This document shows positions 1 through 8,281 of a stretch of DNA of 64,000 bases, in pieces (position 1 is the stretch's first letter; each line of letters starts with the position of its first letter). Source of the DNA: Myxococcota bacterium (GTDB lineage: Bacteria > Myxococcota_A > UBA796 > JAFGLY01); assembly GCA_024276675.1 (NCBI GenBank), contig JAJRWT010000046.1:17433-81432 (forward strand), read 5' to 3'. The position numbers and the translations under genes are program-made. The notes under the pieces are model-generated. The model was given only the letters and a program-made list of their open reading frames with translations, made no database searches and was not told the origin of the DNA.

Positions 1-517
1 GCACCACGGTGCCCCCCGCGGGGACCGCTTCGGCCATCGGGCTCTTTTCACGTGCTGCGCCTTCCGGGCCCCCAAAGGAGCTATGATGGGCATAGCCGAT
101 GGATGTCACGACGCACAGGTCGGGCCTCAGGAGCGCCGCATAGGCCGGCATGTCCCCACGCCTGGCGATCCCCACCTCCAGGACCCCGTAGCTACTCCAG
201 GGCTCGATGGCCAGCATCTCCCAGGCGATGTGGCTCCAGCTATTGCCCGGCACAGCCCGGGATGCCGGGATGCCCAGCACTGCCGATACCGCACGGGTGG
301 TGGTGGTTTTCCCCATGGAGCCCACCACCGCCACGATCTTCGTGTCTCTCAGGACGACTTCACGGTAGAGTGAAGCCAGGCGTCGTGCCCAGGGCCACAA
401 GGGGTAGTTGAGACCGTTGAGCAGCTTTTGCCGTCCCACCATGGTCCACAGCATCAAGGAGAAGTCGCCCCGTTGGGCACGGATTCCGTTCATCAAATTG
501 TGGAGGGACGAAGTCAT
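1..517 (-). CDS. Mur ligase family protein, N-terminal part (gene continues past window start)
   Basis: Minus-strand ORF absent from the track because it has no stop inside the window. ATG at 517. Translation MTSSLHNLMNGIRAQ...DTKIVAVVGSMGKTTTTRAVSAVLG carries the Mur-ligase ATP-binding GxxGKT(T/S) loop. Confidence 0.7.
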   Translation of the reverse strand, partial: MTSSLHNLMNGIRAQRGDFSLMLWTMVGRQKLLNGLNYPLWPWARRLASLYREVVLRDTKIVAVVGSMGKTTTTRAVSAVLGIPASRAVPGNSWSHIAWEMLAIEPWSSYGVLEVGIARRGDMPAYAALLRPDLCVVTSIGYAHHSSFGGPEGAAREKSPMAEAVPAGGTVV

Positions 518-667
518 GGAAATCACTTCGTGATTACGGCACGAGCCGGTGGTCTTCGGCAGCCTTTTTCCCGATGGCTCCTGGCGGGCAGAGGTGGAGG
601 CTGAAAGTCAAGGTGGTGCATGTATTGCTGAAAATATACAGCAAATGGGGATTCCTGCAAAGTTGGA

Positions 668-696
668 TTGACACTTGGCTCCGTGGCGTGGACAAT
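668..696 (+). promoter_or_regulatory. sigma-70-like promoter candidate (TTGACA-17 nt-GACAAT)
   Basis: TTGACA at 668-673, a 17-nt spacer, then GACAAT at 691-696. It lies about 130 nt upstream of the lipoprotein gene start at 827, in a divergent intergenic region. Confidence 0.35.
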
Positions 697-826
697 GTAC
701 GTTCCTTTTTGAATGAAAGACGGGTTGATTCGTCTTCGCGGGTACCTGGTTAATGGTCCATACTGGAATGGGTCGAAGAACCCGGTGGGAGTTCCCGCCA
801 GAATGCAAGAAAGAACGGAGGAGAAA

Positions 827-1591
827 ATGTCTGGAACCAACAAACTGTTCGCCATGGTACTGGCTGCGGCGACCCTTTCCACCGGATGCGAGCGACTGGA
901 CATAACGGTCGAAAACGAACCGCCGGTGATCAACGAAGACGAGTGCTGGTTCGGGCTGGAGCTGAACAATGCGGGCACGATGCTGGAATGGGTGGTGGAC
1001 GTTGTTGTCTCAGATGCCGATGAATCCTGGGATCTCCTCAAGGTCAACGTAGACGTGACGGACATGGACGGCAATCCCATGATCAGCCTCGTGGGCACGG
1101 ACTTCGACACCAACAGCGGAGAAAACCACTACCGCTTCGTGGTGGACACGGTGAACTACTTCCGAATCCTGGACCCTCGCCAGACCTACATCGCCGACAT
1201 TTCCGTGGCAGATGCCTTCGGCGCTCGTGACTACTACAGCATCGAATCCGAAAGCATCGATTTCCTGGGCCCCAACATCTCCTATGCCGATTGGTACTGC
1301 ACCGACGAAGGCAGCGACACCCGGTTGGTGGTCTCCGCCGACGTGAGCGATCCCGACGGCTTGGCCGACATCGAATGGGTCAGAGCCGAGTTCTGGGGCT
1401 CCGCCAACGAGGTGAGCGCCTACAACGATTGGATCGACGCCTTCTACCTGGACTACGACTCCAGCGCCGGCGCTTTCCAGGCCGAAGAGTGGGAACAGGA
1501 CACGAACGTCTCCTGCTCGGACGACTACTACGTGGAGTTGGTGGCCTGTGATTCCCTGGGAATCTGCGACTTCATGGCCATAACCCAGTAG
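827..1591 (+). CDS. acidic lipoprotein, unknown function
   Basis: ATG 827 is preceded by GGAGGAG. N-terminus MSGTNKLFAMVLAAATLSTGC is a signal peptide plus lipobox. The mature part is Asp/Glu-rich and matches no family I recognise. The track start at 713 lacks these signals. Confidence 0.7.
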   Translation: MSGTNKLFAMVLAAATLSTGCERLDITVENEPPVINEDECWFGLELNNAGTMLEWVVDVVVSDADESWDLLKVNVDVTDMDGNPMISLVGTDFDTNSGENHYRFVVDTVNYFRILDPRQTYIADISVADAFGARDYYSIESESIDFLGPNISYADWYCTDEGSDTRLVVSADVSDPDGLADIEWVRAEFWGSANEVSAYNDWIDAFYLDYDSSAGAFQAEEWEQDTNVSCSDDYYVELVACDSLGICDFMAITQ

Positions 1592-1636
1592 GAGGCCGTC
1601 GCGAATACCGGTTCAACTGGGGAACGCCCCTCGGCA

Positions 1637-2017
1637 GTGGTTCTTGGACTGGCCACGATCCTGGTCCTGGCCCTGGTTTTCCGTTTGCCTTGGAGATTGG
1701 CCGGTTCGCTGCAGGGCTACGGCAAGTTCGCTACGGTTGCCGGCATCTACCTGGTGCTACTGGCCTCCGTGGGAATCGCCGCCCAACTCACCCGATGGGC
1801 CAAGTTGCTGCTCTCGGAAGTCCTGGGAGAACCGGTGACCATTGAAGGAGGGGTGCGGGTGTGGGCGGTGCTGCCCCGGGATCGGCGATGGTTGCAGACA
1901 CGGGGAACCAGGTCCATGATGTTGAAAAGGGGACCAGGCGTGCCGGTGCAAGCGCTTGAAAAAGAGAATAGGCGTGAAGGTACGGACATGGGTAAAGGAA
2001 TCGTGTTGCCAGATTGA
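1637..2017 (+). CDS. small membrane protein (hypothetical)
   Basis: GTG start. Two hydrophobic helices (VVLGLATILVLALVF, VAGIYLVLLASVGIAA). Same reading frame as the upstream gene, separated from it by TAG 1589-1591 and 15 sense codons. Confidence 0.35.
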   Translation: MVLGLATILVLALVFRLPWRLAGSLQGYGKFATVAGIYLVLLASVGIAAQLTRWAKLLLSEVLGEPVTIEGGVRVWAVLPRDRRWLQTRGTRSMMLKRGPGVPVQALEKENRREGTDMGKGIVLPD

Positions 2018-2026
2018 AGATAGTCC

Positions 2027-3877
2027 ATGGCCGGCACCGGAGTTTTTTCCATAATGCCAGTCGATGCCCTTCAGGACCCCGCTGCCCGCCCGGAAGCTGC
2101 CAGTCCGCCCTTGCTGCCAGAGAGCATCCGTCTGCGCCTGGCCGGACTGCTGACCCCAGGGAGCGCCCTCGCTGCCACCTTGTACCTGCTGGCTTGCATC
2201 ATCGTGACGTGGCCCACCGTGCTATCACTCGGCTCGGTGCTATTGGGGCATCCGGGAAACGACACATGGAACCATGTCTGGGGCTTCTGGTGGGTTTCCA
2301 GGGAAATCCTCGATGAAGGGCGCTGGCCCGGATGGACGGACCTCATCGCCTACCCCAGGGGCGGCTCCCTGTACTTCATCGACACCTTCAACGCCCTGCT
2401 CACTCTGCCCTTGCAGGTCGTTTTCGGACCGGTGGTGGTCCACAACCTGATCATTATGGGTTCGCTCTGGTTTTCGGCTTTCTCTGCATGGCTGCTGGCC
2501 CGGCACGTGGCCAGATCCGAAGCCGCCGCGCTGGTGGCGGGTATGATCTATGGCTTCAGTCCCCACATACTGGGCCAGGCCGAAAACAGCATCACGGAAA
2601 CCATCAACACGGGCTGGTTGGCTCTCTATCTCCTGGCCTTGTTCAAGCTCCTGGAAAAACCATCGCTTCGGCGTGGACTGGGGGCCGGTGCCACCCTGGT
2701 GCTCTGCGGATTGTCCAATTGGTACTATGGGCTCTTTTGTGCCCTGGCCACCGTGGTCCTGGCGCTCCACCGCCTTCTTCGGCATCCCTATGCGCTCCAG
2801 TGGAAGAAGATCCTGGGACTGGGGCTCTTGGGGGCCATCCCATTCGCACCAATCGCCCTGGGGGGGCTGCTCCTCCTTCAGAGCAGCATGTCCGCCCCCG
2901 ACGCACTTGTGAACCGGGATCCGGATTTCGTATGGAACTCGTTGCTCTACCACAACATGACCGACATCCAGTGTCTCTTCAGGCCTGGCCACTTCCAGAG
3001 CCCGAATCTCAAGGCCCTCTATGGCGAGAATCTCTTGATCGTCACCTACCTGGGATGGGTGGCTCTCCTCATGGCCGCCTGGGCGGTCTGGCGATGGAAA
3101 TGTCGTCACGAGACCGGCCCATGGTCCTGGTTGGCACTGGTATTCTCGATCTTTGCATTGGGACCATACCTGTACGCCTTTGGCCACTACGTCGAAGTGG
3201 GCGGGAGGCGGATCCCCCTGCCATTCCTGGCTTTCTTCGAGGCCTTGCCCATCTTCTCCAGGATTTCCCACCCCTTCAGATTCGTGGTGGTGGTGGACCT
3301 CTCCCTCGGTGTACTGGCGGCCTATGGTATCGCCCAGTGGGGGCGGGTGGAAAACCGCAGGATATGGCAGTTGAGCCTCCTGGGCTGCGCCCTGGTGCTG
3401 GCTGAAATCTGCCTGTTTTCACCAGCCCGGGTTCCGCTGACCACTTCCTCGGCCAGCGTCCCGCCGGAATACCAGGTGCTCGACCAGGATGAAAGTGATG
3501 GCGCAGTACTGGACCTTCCCATAGCTGTTCCAATCCTGGAGAGGGCAGTCTACAACTGGTACCAGCTCTTCCACCAGCGCCCCATCCCCTACAGTCTCAA
3601 CGAGCCCCTGCCTCCGGCCATCAAGAACAACCAGCTCTGCCAGTTCCTGCTTCGTATCGAAGCGGGGCGCGCACGACTGCTTCCCAGGACCCTTCCAGAC
3701 CTGGAGTTGGTCATGGCCACCCGCATCCTGGCACGACAGGGCTTTCGTTATATCGTGATCCATGAAAGGCTCTACCCCGAGATCAAGCGCCAGCAGGTCC
3801 ATTCCCTGATGGATGCTCTGCTGGGTCCGGCCCTCCTGGACGACGGAGGCGACGTCACCATCTATGTGCTGCCATGA
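2027..3877 (+). CDS. polytopic membrane protein, putative GT-C-type glycosyltransferase
   Basis: 616 aa. Many hydrophobic segments over about the first 430 aa, then a soluble C-terminal domain. Early loop motif GNDTWNHVWGFWW. The stop overlaps the next start (ATGA at 3874). The family was not identified by eye. Confidence 0.55.
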   Translation: MAGTGVFSIMPVDALQDPAARPEAASPPLLPESIRLRLAGLLTPGSALAATLYLLACIIVTWPTVLSLGSVLLGHPGNDTWNHVWGFWWVSREILDEGRWPGWTDLIAYPRGGSLYFIDTFNALLTLPLQVVFGPVVVHNLIIMGSLWFSAFSAWLLARHVARSEAAALVAGMIYGFSPHILGQAENSITETINTGWLALYLLALFKLLEKPSLRRGLGAGATLVLCGLSNWYYGLFCALATVVLALHRLLRHPYALQWKKILGLGLLGAIPFAPIALGGLLLLQSSMSAPDALVNRDPDFVWNSLLYHNMTDIQCLFRPGHFQSPNLKALYGENLLIVTYLGWVALLMAAWAVWRWKCRHETGPWSWLALVFSIFALGPYLYAFGHYVEVGGRRIPLPFLAFFEALPIFSRISHPFRFVVVVDLSLGVLAAYGIAQWGRVENRRIWQLSLLGCALVLAEICLFSPARVPLTTSSASVPPEYQVLDQDESDGAVLDLPIAVPILERAVYNWYQLFHQRPIPYSLNEPLPPAIKNNQLCQFLLRIEAGRARLLPRTLPDLELVMATRILARQGFRYIVIHERLYPEIKRQQVHSLMDALLGPALLDDGGDVTIYVLP

Positions 3878-5898
3878 AGAACTCCATCCTCAAGACCATT
3901 CTCGAGTTGCTGGCAGTCCTGACCTTCTACTTCCTGGCCTCCAGCCTCATGACCTGGCCCACGGCCATGCACATGAACGAGATCGTGTTGGGGGGAGGGG
4001 AACTGGGGGGCTGGCTGTGGCGCTACTGGTGGCACTTCCTGGAGGCCCAGGCCCTGGGCCAGATGGATCTAGCCCCCTATGAAAAATGGCGTGCCCTCAT
4101 CGCGCTGGGCCGCTACCCGGAGACCGGCAACGTCCTGGACGTCATTTTTTTCTCCTGGCCCCTGTCCTATGTCGTGGACTTTCCCGCCCACTACAACCTC
4201 AAGGTGTTGACCATACTCACGCTGGACGGTCTTTGCGGCTACGTACTGGCTCGCCACTTCGTGAGGGGGCGGCTGGTGGCGTTGGCGGCCGGCCTTCTGG
4301 CCCTGGTGAATCCACTGGTCATTCAGGACATCAACGGTTCGGGGCTCAGGCAGACCATCCTCTGGTGGCTTCTGCTCTACCCGGTTTTCCTGGACCGCGC
4401 GGTGAGGCGGCAACGTCTCACAGAGATGCTACTGGCGGGTGTCTGCATGGGCATGGCTGCGGCATGGTACTGGTTCTATGGGCTTTTTGCGGGGCTCTAC
4501 ACCATACTCTACGCCCTCTGGCACCTCCTCACTCGCCGGATGGGCGTCCGCGGCATGCTGCGAGGTGTTCTCCCCACGGTGTTCGTGGCCGTGCTGTTGG
4601 CGTTCCCTTTCATACAGCCCTACCTGGATACCGATGAAGGCGGTGGCAGCAATCTTCCCGAAATGTCCTTCTTCCTGGCATTCCCACGCTATGAAACTAT
4701 ACTCACCGCGCCCATGAGGCCCAAGTCCTACGAAGAAAACGTGCTGGCATCGCTGCACAGGACGATTCGTTCCAGTTGGGCAGCCGACTACCTGGTCTAC
4801 CCCACCAGCGAGCGGACCATGCCCATCGTGGTCTTTCTGGCGGGCATCCTCCCGGCCTTGTTTCTACGGCGCAGGCCCTTCTGGCTCCTGGTGCTGCTCC
4901 TGTTCTATGCCTGTAGCCTGGGGCCCTTTCTCAAGCTCCAGACCCTGCGGGACGCCAGCGAGGTCCTGGTGTTGGGAGAGCAGTGGGTGATCCGCCTTCC
5001 CTATACCTTGCTCTTTCGATGGGTGCCCGGGATAGCCCGCCTGTTCGCTCCCTATCGCTTCGCCGCCATGGTAGTGGTGGCATCGGTGGTGTTGGTGGCA
5101 TCCGGCCTGGACTCTCTGCCATCATCCACCAGGAAGTGGGCGTTCGTCAAGACTGCGGCTTGCATCCTGGTGATACTGGCAGCCATGCTCCAGATGACCT
5201 ACCGCTTCGAGGTCCAGGAGGTGCCCGACGACTCCTACCAACCATCCAGGTGGCGTGCGCCCATCAAGGTGAGTCGGATCGAGATACCGGAGTTCTACCT
5301 GGAGTTGGATGACTCTCGCCTGGAAGGCATTATCGAACTGCCCCTGGAGCGGGAACAGGATCTCCTGTGCTACTACCAGGTTATTCACCGGCAGAGAGTT
5401 TTCCGATCCTGGGCCACCTCGGGCGCCCTTCCTCCTATTCTTTCCAGGGGAGGGGGCGGGGACGCCGGAGATCGTCTGCGCTACCTGGGCCAACAGCTTC
5501 CACTGGATTTTCCCGGCTCCCAACTCCTGGAGAGGATCTCCACACATCCCAATGATCTCCCGGTGAGCGAGATCGACCGCGGAGAGCTGGCGCAACTGGC
5601 CCGAGCGGGGAGCTTTCGCTACATGATCGTTCACGAACGTGGATATTACCTGGCCAATCCCTATCACGGCCCGGTCCTGTACCGAGACGCCGTTCAACGT
5701 CTTGCCGCCGGACTGGGATTGAAACCGGACGAAGTGGTGGAACATGCGTGGGTAGACTACCCGGGAAACCAGTACAACGTTCCGGGAGGCCCCGTCTACA
5801 TACCCTGGACGGCCGAAGAGGTGGCCCTGCCGTACCAGGAGATGCCCAGGCGCTACTATATGTCGATTTTCGACCTCTCCTCGCTCCTGGAGTCCTGA
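3874..5898 (+). CDS. polytopic membrane protein, paralog of the preceding gene (putative GT-C-type)
   Basis: 674 aa with the same architecture as the preceding gene. Equivalent early loop GGELGGWLWRYWWHF. Soluble C-terminal domain ending ...FRYMIVHERGYY, compare FRYIVIHERLY in the upstream paralog. Confidence 0.55.
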   Translation: MKNSILKTILELLAVLTFYFLASSLMTWPTAMHMNEIVLGGGELGGWLWRYWWHFLEAQALGQMDLAPYEKWRALIALGRYPETGNVLDVIFFSWPLSYVVDFPAHYNLKVLTILTLDGLCGYVLARHFVRGRLVALAAGLLALVNPLVIQDINGSGLRQTILWWLLLYPVFLDRAVRRQRLTEMLLAGVCMGMAAAWYWFYGLFAGLYTILYALWHLLTRRMGVRGMLRGVLPTVFVAVLLAFPFIQPYLDTDEGGGSNLPEMSFFLAFPRYETILTAPMRPKSYEENVLASLHRTIRSSWAADYLVYPTSERTMPIVVFLAGILPALFLRRRPFWLLVLLLFYACSLGPFLKLQTLRDASEVLVLGEQWVIRLPYTLLFRWVPGIARLFAPYRFAAMVVVASVVLVASGLDSLPSSTRKWAFVKTAACILVILAAMLQMTYRFEVQEVPDDSYQPSRWRAPIKVSRIEIPEFYLELDDSRLEGIIELPLEREQDLLCYYQVIHRQRVFRSWATSGALPPILSRGGGGDAGDRLRYLGQQLPLDFPGSQLLERISTHPNDLPVSEIDRGELAQLARAGSFRYMIVHERGYYLANPYHGPVLYRDAVQRLAAGLGLKPDEVVEHAWVDYPGNQYNVPGGPVYIPWTAEEVALPYQEMPRRYYMSIFDLSSLLES

Positions 5899-6058
5899 TC
5901 CTCTCCAGGAAACTCCCATATTGACACAAGTTCTACGGAGCCATAGGGCCTGAGGCATCGCGGTGGGGTAGATATCACTCTCCAGGTTCAGGGATTTCGG
6001 CTCCTCCCAGGCCGAGCCCCACATCCAATGACCCTCAACAGACACGGGAAGCAACACC

Positions 6059-7546
6059 ATGAAGGTCCGTTGCGACAATTGCGGCGCTACCTACAAAATC
6101 CCCGAAGAAAAGCTCGTCAAGGAGATCAACAAGGCCACTTGCAGGAAGTGCGGTCACCGGATGCTCATCCGGCGACCGGTCTCCAGGCAGGCCCCGGTTC
6201 CGGCTTCCGACGCCTCCGACCTCGAAACCGAGGAAGCCACGCTGGTGGCATCTCCCATGGAGATCTACCAGCGAGCGAAAGCCAGTGCCTCCAACTCTCC
6301 GCGGGAACCCGCTTCACCACCTGTATCATCACGGCCCGGTTCCGGGCCTGGCGAAGCCCCCGCCGAACCAGCCCCCGCCGAACCAGCCCCCGCCGAACCA
6401 GCCCCCGCCGAACCAGCCCCCGTTGCTGAATCATCGGCCAACGTGGGCGGTTCTGGCCTTCTTGGTGGAATCCCCATCCACAAGACCGCATACGACCCTT
6501 CCGGAGATCTTCTCTGGGTCTTCGTGGGAACCGTGTTTGCCTTTTGTGGCGCCTTGATAATGACCCTGGACAACGAGTCGGGCTCCGCTCTTTCCTTTTC
6601 CGGCCTCCTGCTGGCGCTCTGGGGGTCGCTCTGTGCCATGTTGGTGGTAATAACAGGCAGTCGGGGCCGCCAACCAGCTTCTCTGGGCTTGTCCGTATTC
6701 GCGTCCATCATCCTGGCCCTGGTCTTTTCTGCCGCGCTCACCCTCACCGACAGCATCCAGAGCCTGCTGCAGGGCCGCCAGGACGCCCATCTGCTGGCCG
6801 ACGCAACGCCCACTACGCCTCACCAGCGCGTTCCCAGCACAACATCTCCCTCCCAGACCACCGAAAGCCTGGATGGGATGCTCCCCCGGGAAGACCCCAT
6901 GGAACGTCTGCTGGACGTGGTCCAGGAAGAACCCTCCGGCGCCGAACCGGCCCAACCGCCACCCGAGGAATCAAGCCAGGAAGAACCTGCTTCTTCAAGC
7001 AGTAGAAGATCTTCCGGAAGCAGTGCTTCGTCCAGTACCCACAGGTCATCCAGCAGCCGATCCGCCTCCTCCTCTTCCACTGCTCCTGCCGTGGTACCTT
7101 CAACGACATCGTCCACCGCGTCCTCCAGCAGCTCTCGCTCTGGCATTGGCTCGTCCCCCTCCAGCAGCCGCTCCACAAGCTCTCACTCGTCTTCCTCCAG
7201 CAACAGGTCTTCCTCCAGCAACAGGTCTTCGTCATCGTCCGGCGGCGCTTCGTCCAGTTCATCCGAAGCCCTTCCCACTACCGTGCCCACCTCGGTCATA
7301 GACACCATGCTCCGCTACAACAAGAGCGTGAAGAGCTGCTTCATCCAGGAAGCCAAACGTTCGGGAAAGCTCCCATCCGTCACTCTGCGCTTCACGCTGC
7401 AACCCACGGGATCGGTAAGTTCCGCAAGTTTGAAGGAATCCGGTTACTCGGATTTGAGTTCTTGTCTTGCCACCGCCGTCAAGGGAATAAAGTTCCCGCC
7501 CTTCAGCGGTTCGGCCTACACCGTCAACTACCCCTTCAGACTTTAG
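6059..7546 (+). CDS. zinc-ribbon / AgmX-PglI C-terminal domain protein (GltJ/AgmX-like)
   Basis: N-terminus MKVRCDNCGATYKIPEEKL...ATCRKCGHRM is an MJ0042-type CxxC...CxxC zinc ribbon. It is followed by a (PAEPA)n linker, hydrophobic segments, and a long Ser-rich tract. The C-terminus (VIDTMLRYNKSVKSCF...VNYPFRL) resembles the TonB-C-like AgmX/PglI domain. Confidence 0.65.
   Translation: MKVRCDNCGATYKIPEEKLVKEINKATCRKCGHRMLIRRPVSRQAPVPASDASDLETEEATLVASPMEIYQRAKASASNSPREPASPPVSSRPGSGPGEAPAEPAPAEPAPAEPAPAEPAPVAESSANVGGSGLLGGIPIHKTAYDPSGDLLWVFVGTVFAFCGALIMTLDNESGSALSFSGLLLALWGSLCAMLVVITGSRGRQPASLGLSVFASIILALVFSAALTLTDSIQSLLQGRQDAHLLADATPTTPHQRVPSTTSPSQTTESLDGMLPREDPMERLLDVVQEEPSGAEPAQPPPEESSQEEPASSSSRRSSGSSASSSTHRSSSSRSASSSSTAPAVVPSTTSSTASSSSSRSGIGSSPSSSRSTSSHSSSSSNRSSSSNRSSSSSGGASSSSSEALPTTVPTSVIDTMLRYNKSVKSCFIQEAKRSGKLPSVTLRFTLQPTGSVSSASLKESGYSDLSSCLATAVKGIKFPPFSGSAYTVNYPFRL
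6362..6421 (+). repeat. 15-bp tandem repeat x4 (GCCGAACCAGCCCCC), codes (AEPAP)n
   Basis: Four perfect head-to-tail copies counted directly in the sequence, inside the zinc-ribbon protein gene. Confidence 0.95.
6991..7266 (+). repeat. Ser-rich low-complexity coding tract
   Basis: Translation SSSRRSSGSSASSSTHRSSSSRSASSSS...SSSSNRSSSSNRSSSSSGGASSSSS. It contains an internal 18-bp duplication coding SSSNRS. Confidence 0.85.
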
Positions 7547-7557
7547 GCGTCGGCACC

Positions 7558-8208
7558 ATGGCATCGACCAGACACCTCCTTCAGCCCAAGTACACGGTTT
7601 TCCTGTTGATAAGCATCGTGATGATCGCGCTGGACCAGATCACCAAGATTGCGGTAGTGAGCAGGATCACCTACATGCGGGAAGAAGTCGAGATCATCCC
7701 CGGCTTCCTCTCCCTGATACACGCCCAGAACCCGGGAGCGGCTCTTGGGTTTCTGGCGGAGCAGCCCGCCTCGATTCGCATGTTCGTGTTCACCGTTTTC
7801 ACGATCATCGCCGTGGCAGTACTCCTGAGCATGCTGTTGCAGCTCTCTCCTGGTGATCGCTTCCAGGCGGGCATGCTGGCGCTCATCTTTGCCGGGGCGG
7901 TGGGCAACGCCATCGACAGGGTGCTCAAGCAGTCCGTCACCGACTTCATCAAGGTCTACACCGACCAGCCCGCCCTGAAGGACTGGCTCGTCAATCATGT
8001 GGGCACCAACGAATACCCATCGTTCAACGTGGCTGATTCAGCCATCGTGGTGGGGGTGGGGCTCTTCCTGATCTACTACATGTTCTTCGAAGACTCCCGC
8101 AAACCAACCGGCGATACCGACGATCCAACCAACAAAGACGATCTCGCCGACGGGCCCATCGATGGCAACACCGGCCTGGCGAGTGATACGCATGCGAGCA
8201 CGTCATAG
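7558..8208 (+). CDS. lspA: lipoprotein signal peptidase (signal peptidase II)
   Basis: ATG 7558. Motifs AQNPGAALGF, VGNAIDRV and PSFNVADSAIVVG, with four hydrophobic segments. Unusual acidic C-terminal tail. The track start at 7462 overlaps the upstream gene. Confidence 0.88.
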   Translation: MASTRHLLQPKYTVFLLISIVMIALDQITKIAVVSRITYMREEVEIIPGFLSLIHAQNPGAALGFLAEQPASIRMFVFTVFTIIAVAVLLSMLLQLSPGDRFQAGMLALIFAGAVGNAIDRVLKQSVTDFIKVYTDQPALKDWLVNHVGTNEYPSFNVADSAIVVGVGLFLIYYMFFEDSRKPTGDTDDPTNKDDLADGPIDGNTGLASDTHASTS

Positions 8209-8281
8209 TCGCAGCCCGGAGCCGTGGGCAGGTGGGGCTCCCTGGAGCCTTGTCCCAACGGAAATTCCCCTTCGCTGCCTG

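Noticed and set aside
715-740. Small hairpin AAGACG-N8-CGTCTT in the 5' region of the lipoprotein gene, a possible riboregulator
   Set aside because: The stem is only 6 bp, with no flanking conserved structure or T-tract. It is indistinguishable from chance.
2240-3405. 343-aa minus and 357-aa plus ORFs overlapping the 2027-3877 gene
   Set aside because: They are shadow frames with Arg/Gly/Pro-rich composition and no start signals. The 2027 frame is the only one with membrane-protein character.
8218-8249. GGAGCC/GGCTCC/GGAGCC interlocking palindromes between convergent lspA and uvrB, a possible bidirectional terminator
   Set aside because: The stems are only 6 bp, the first loop is long, and no T-tract lies on either strand. 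That is too weak to call.
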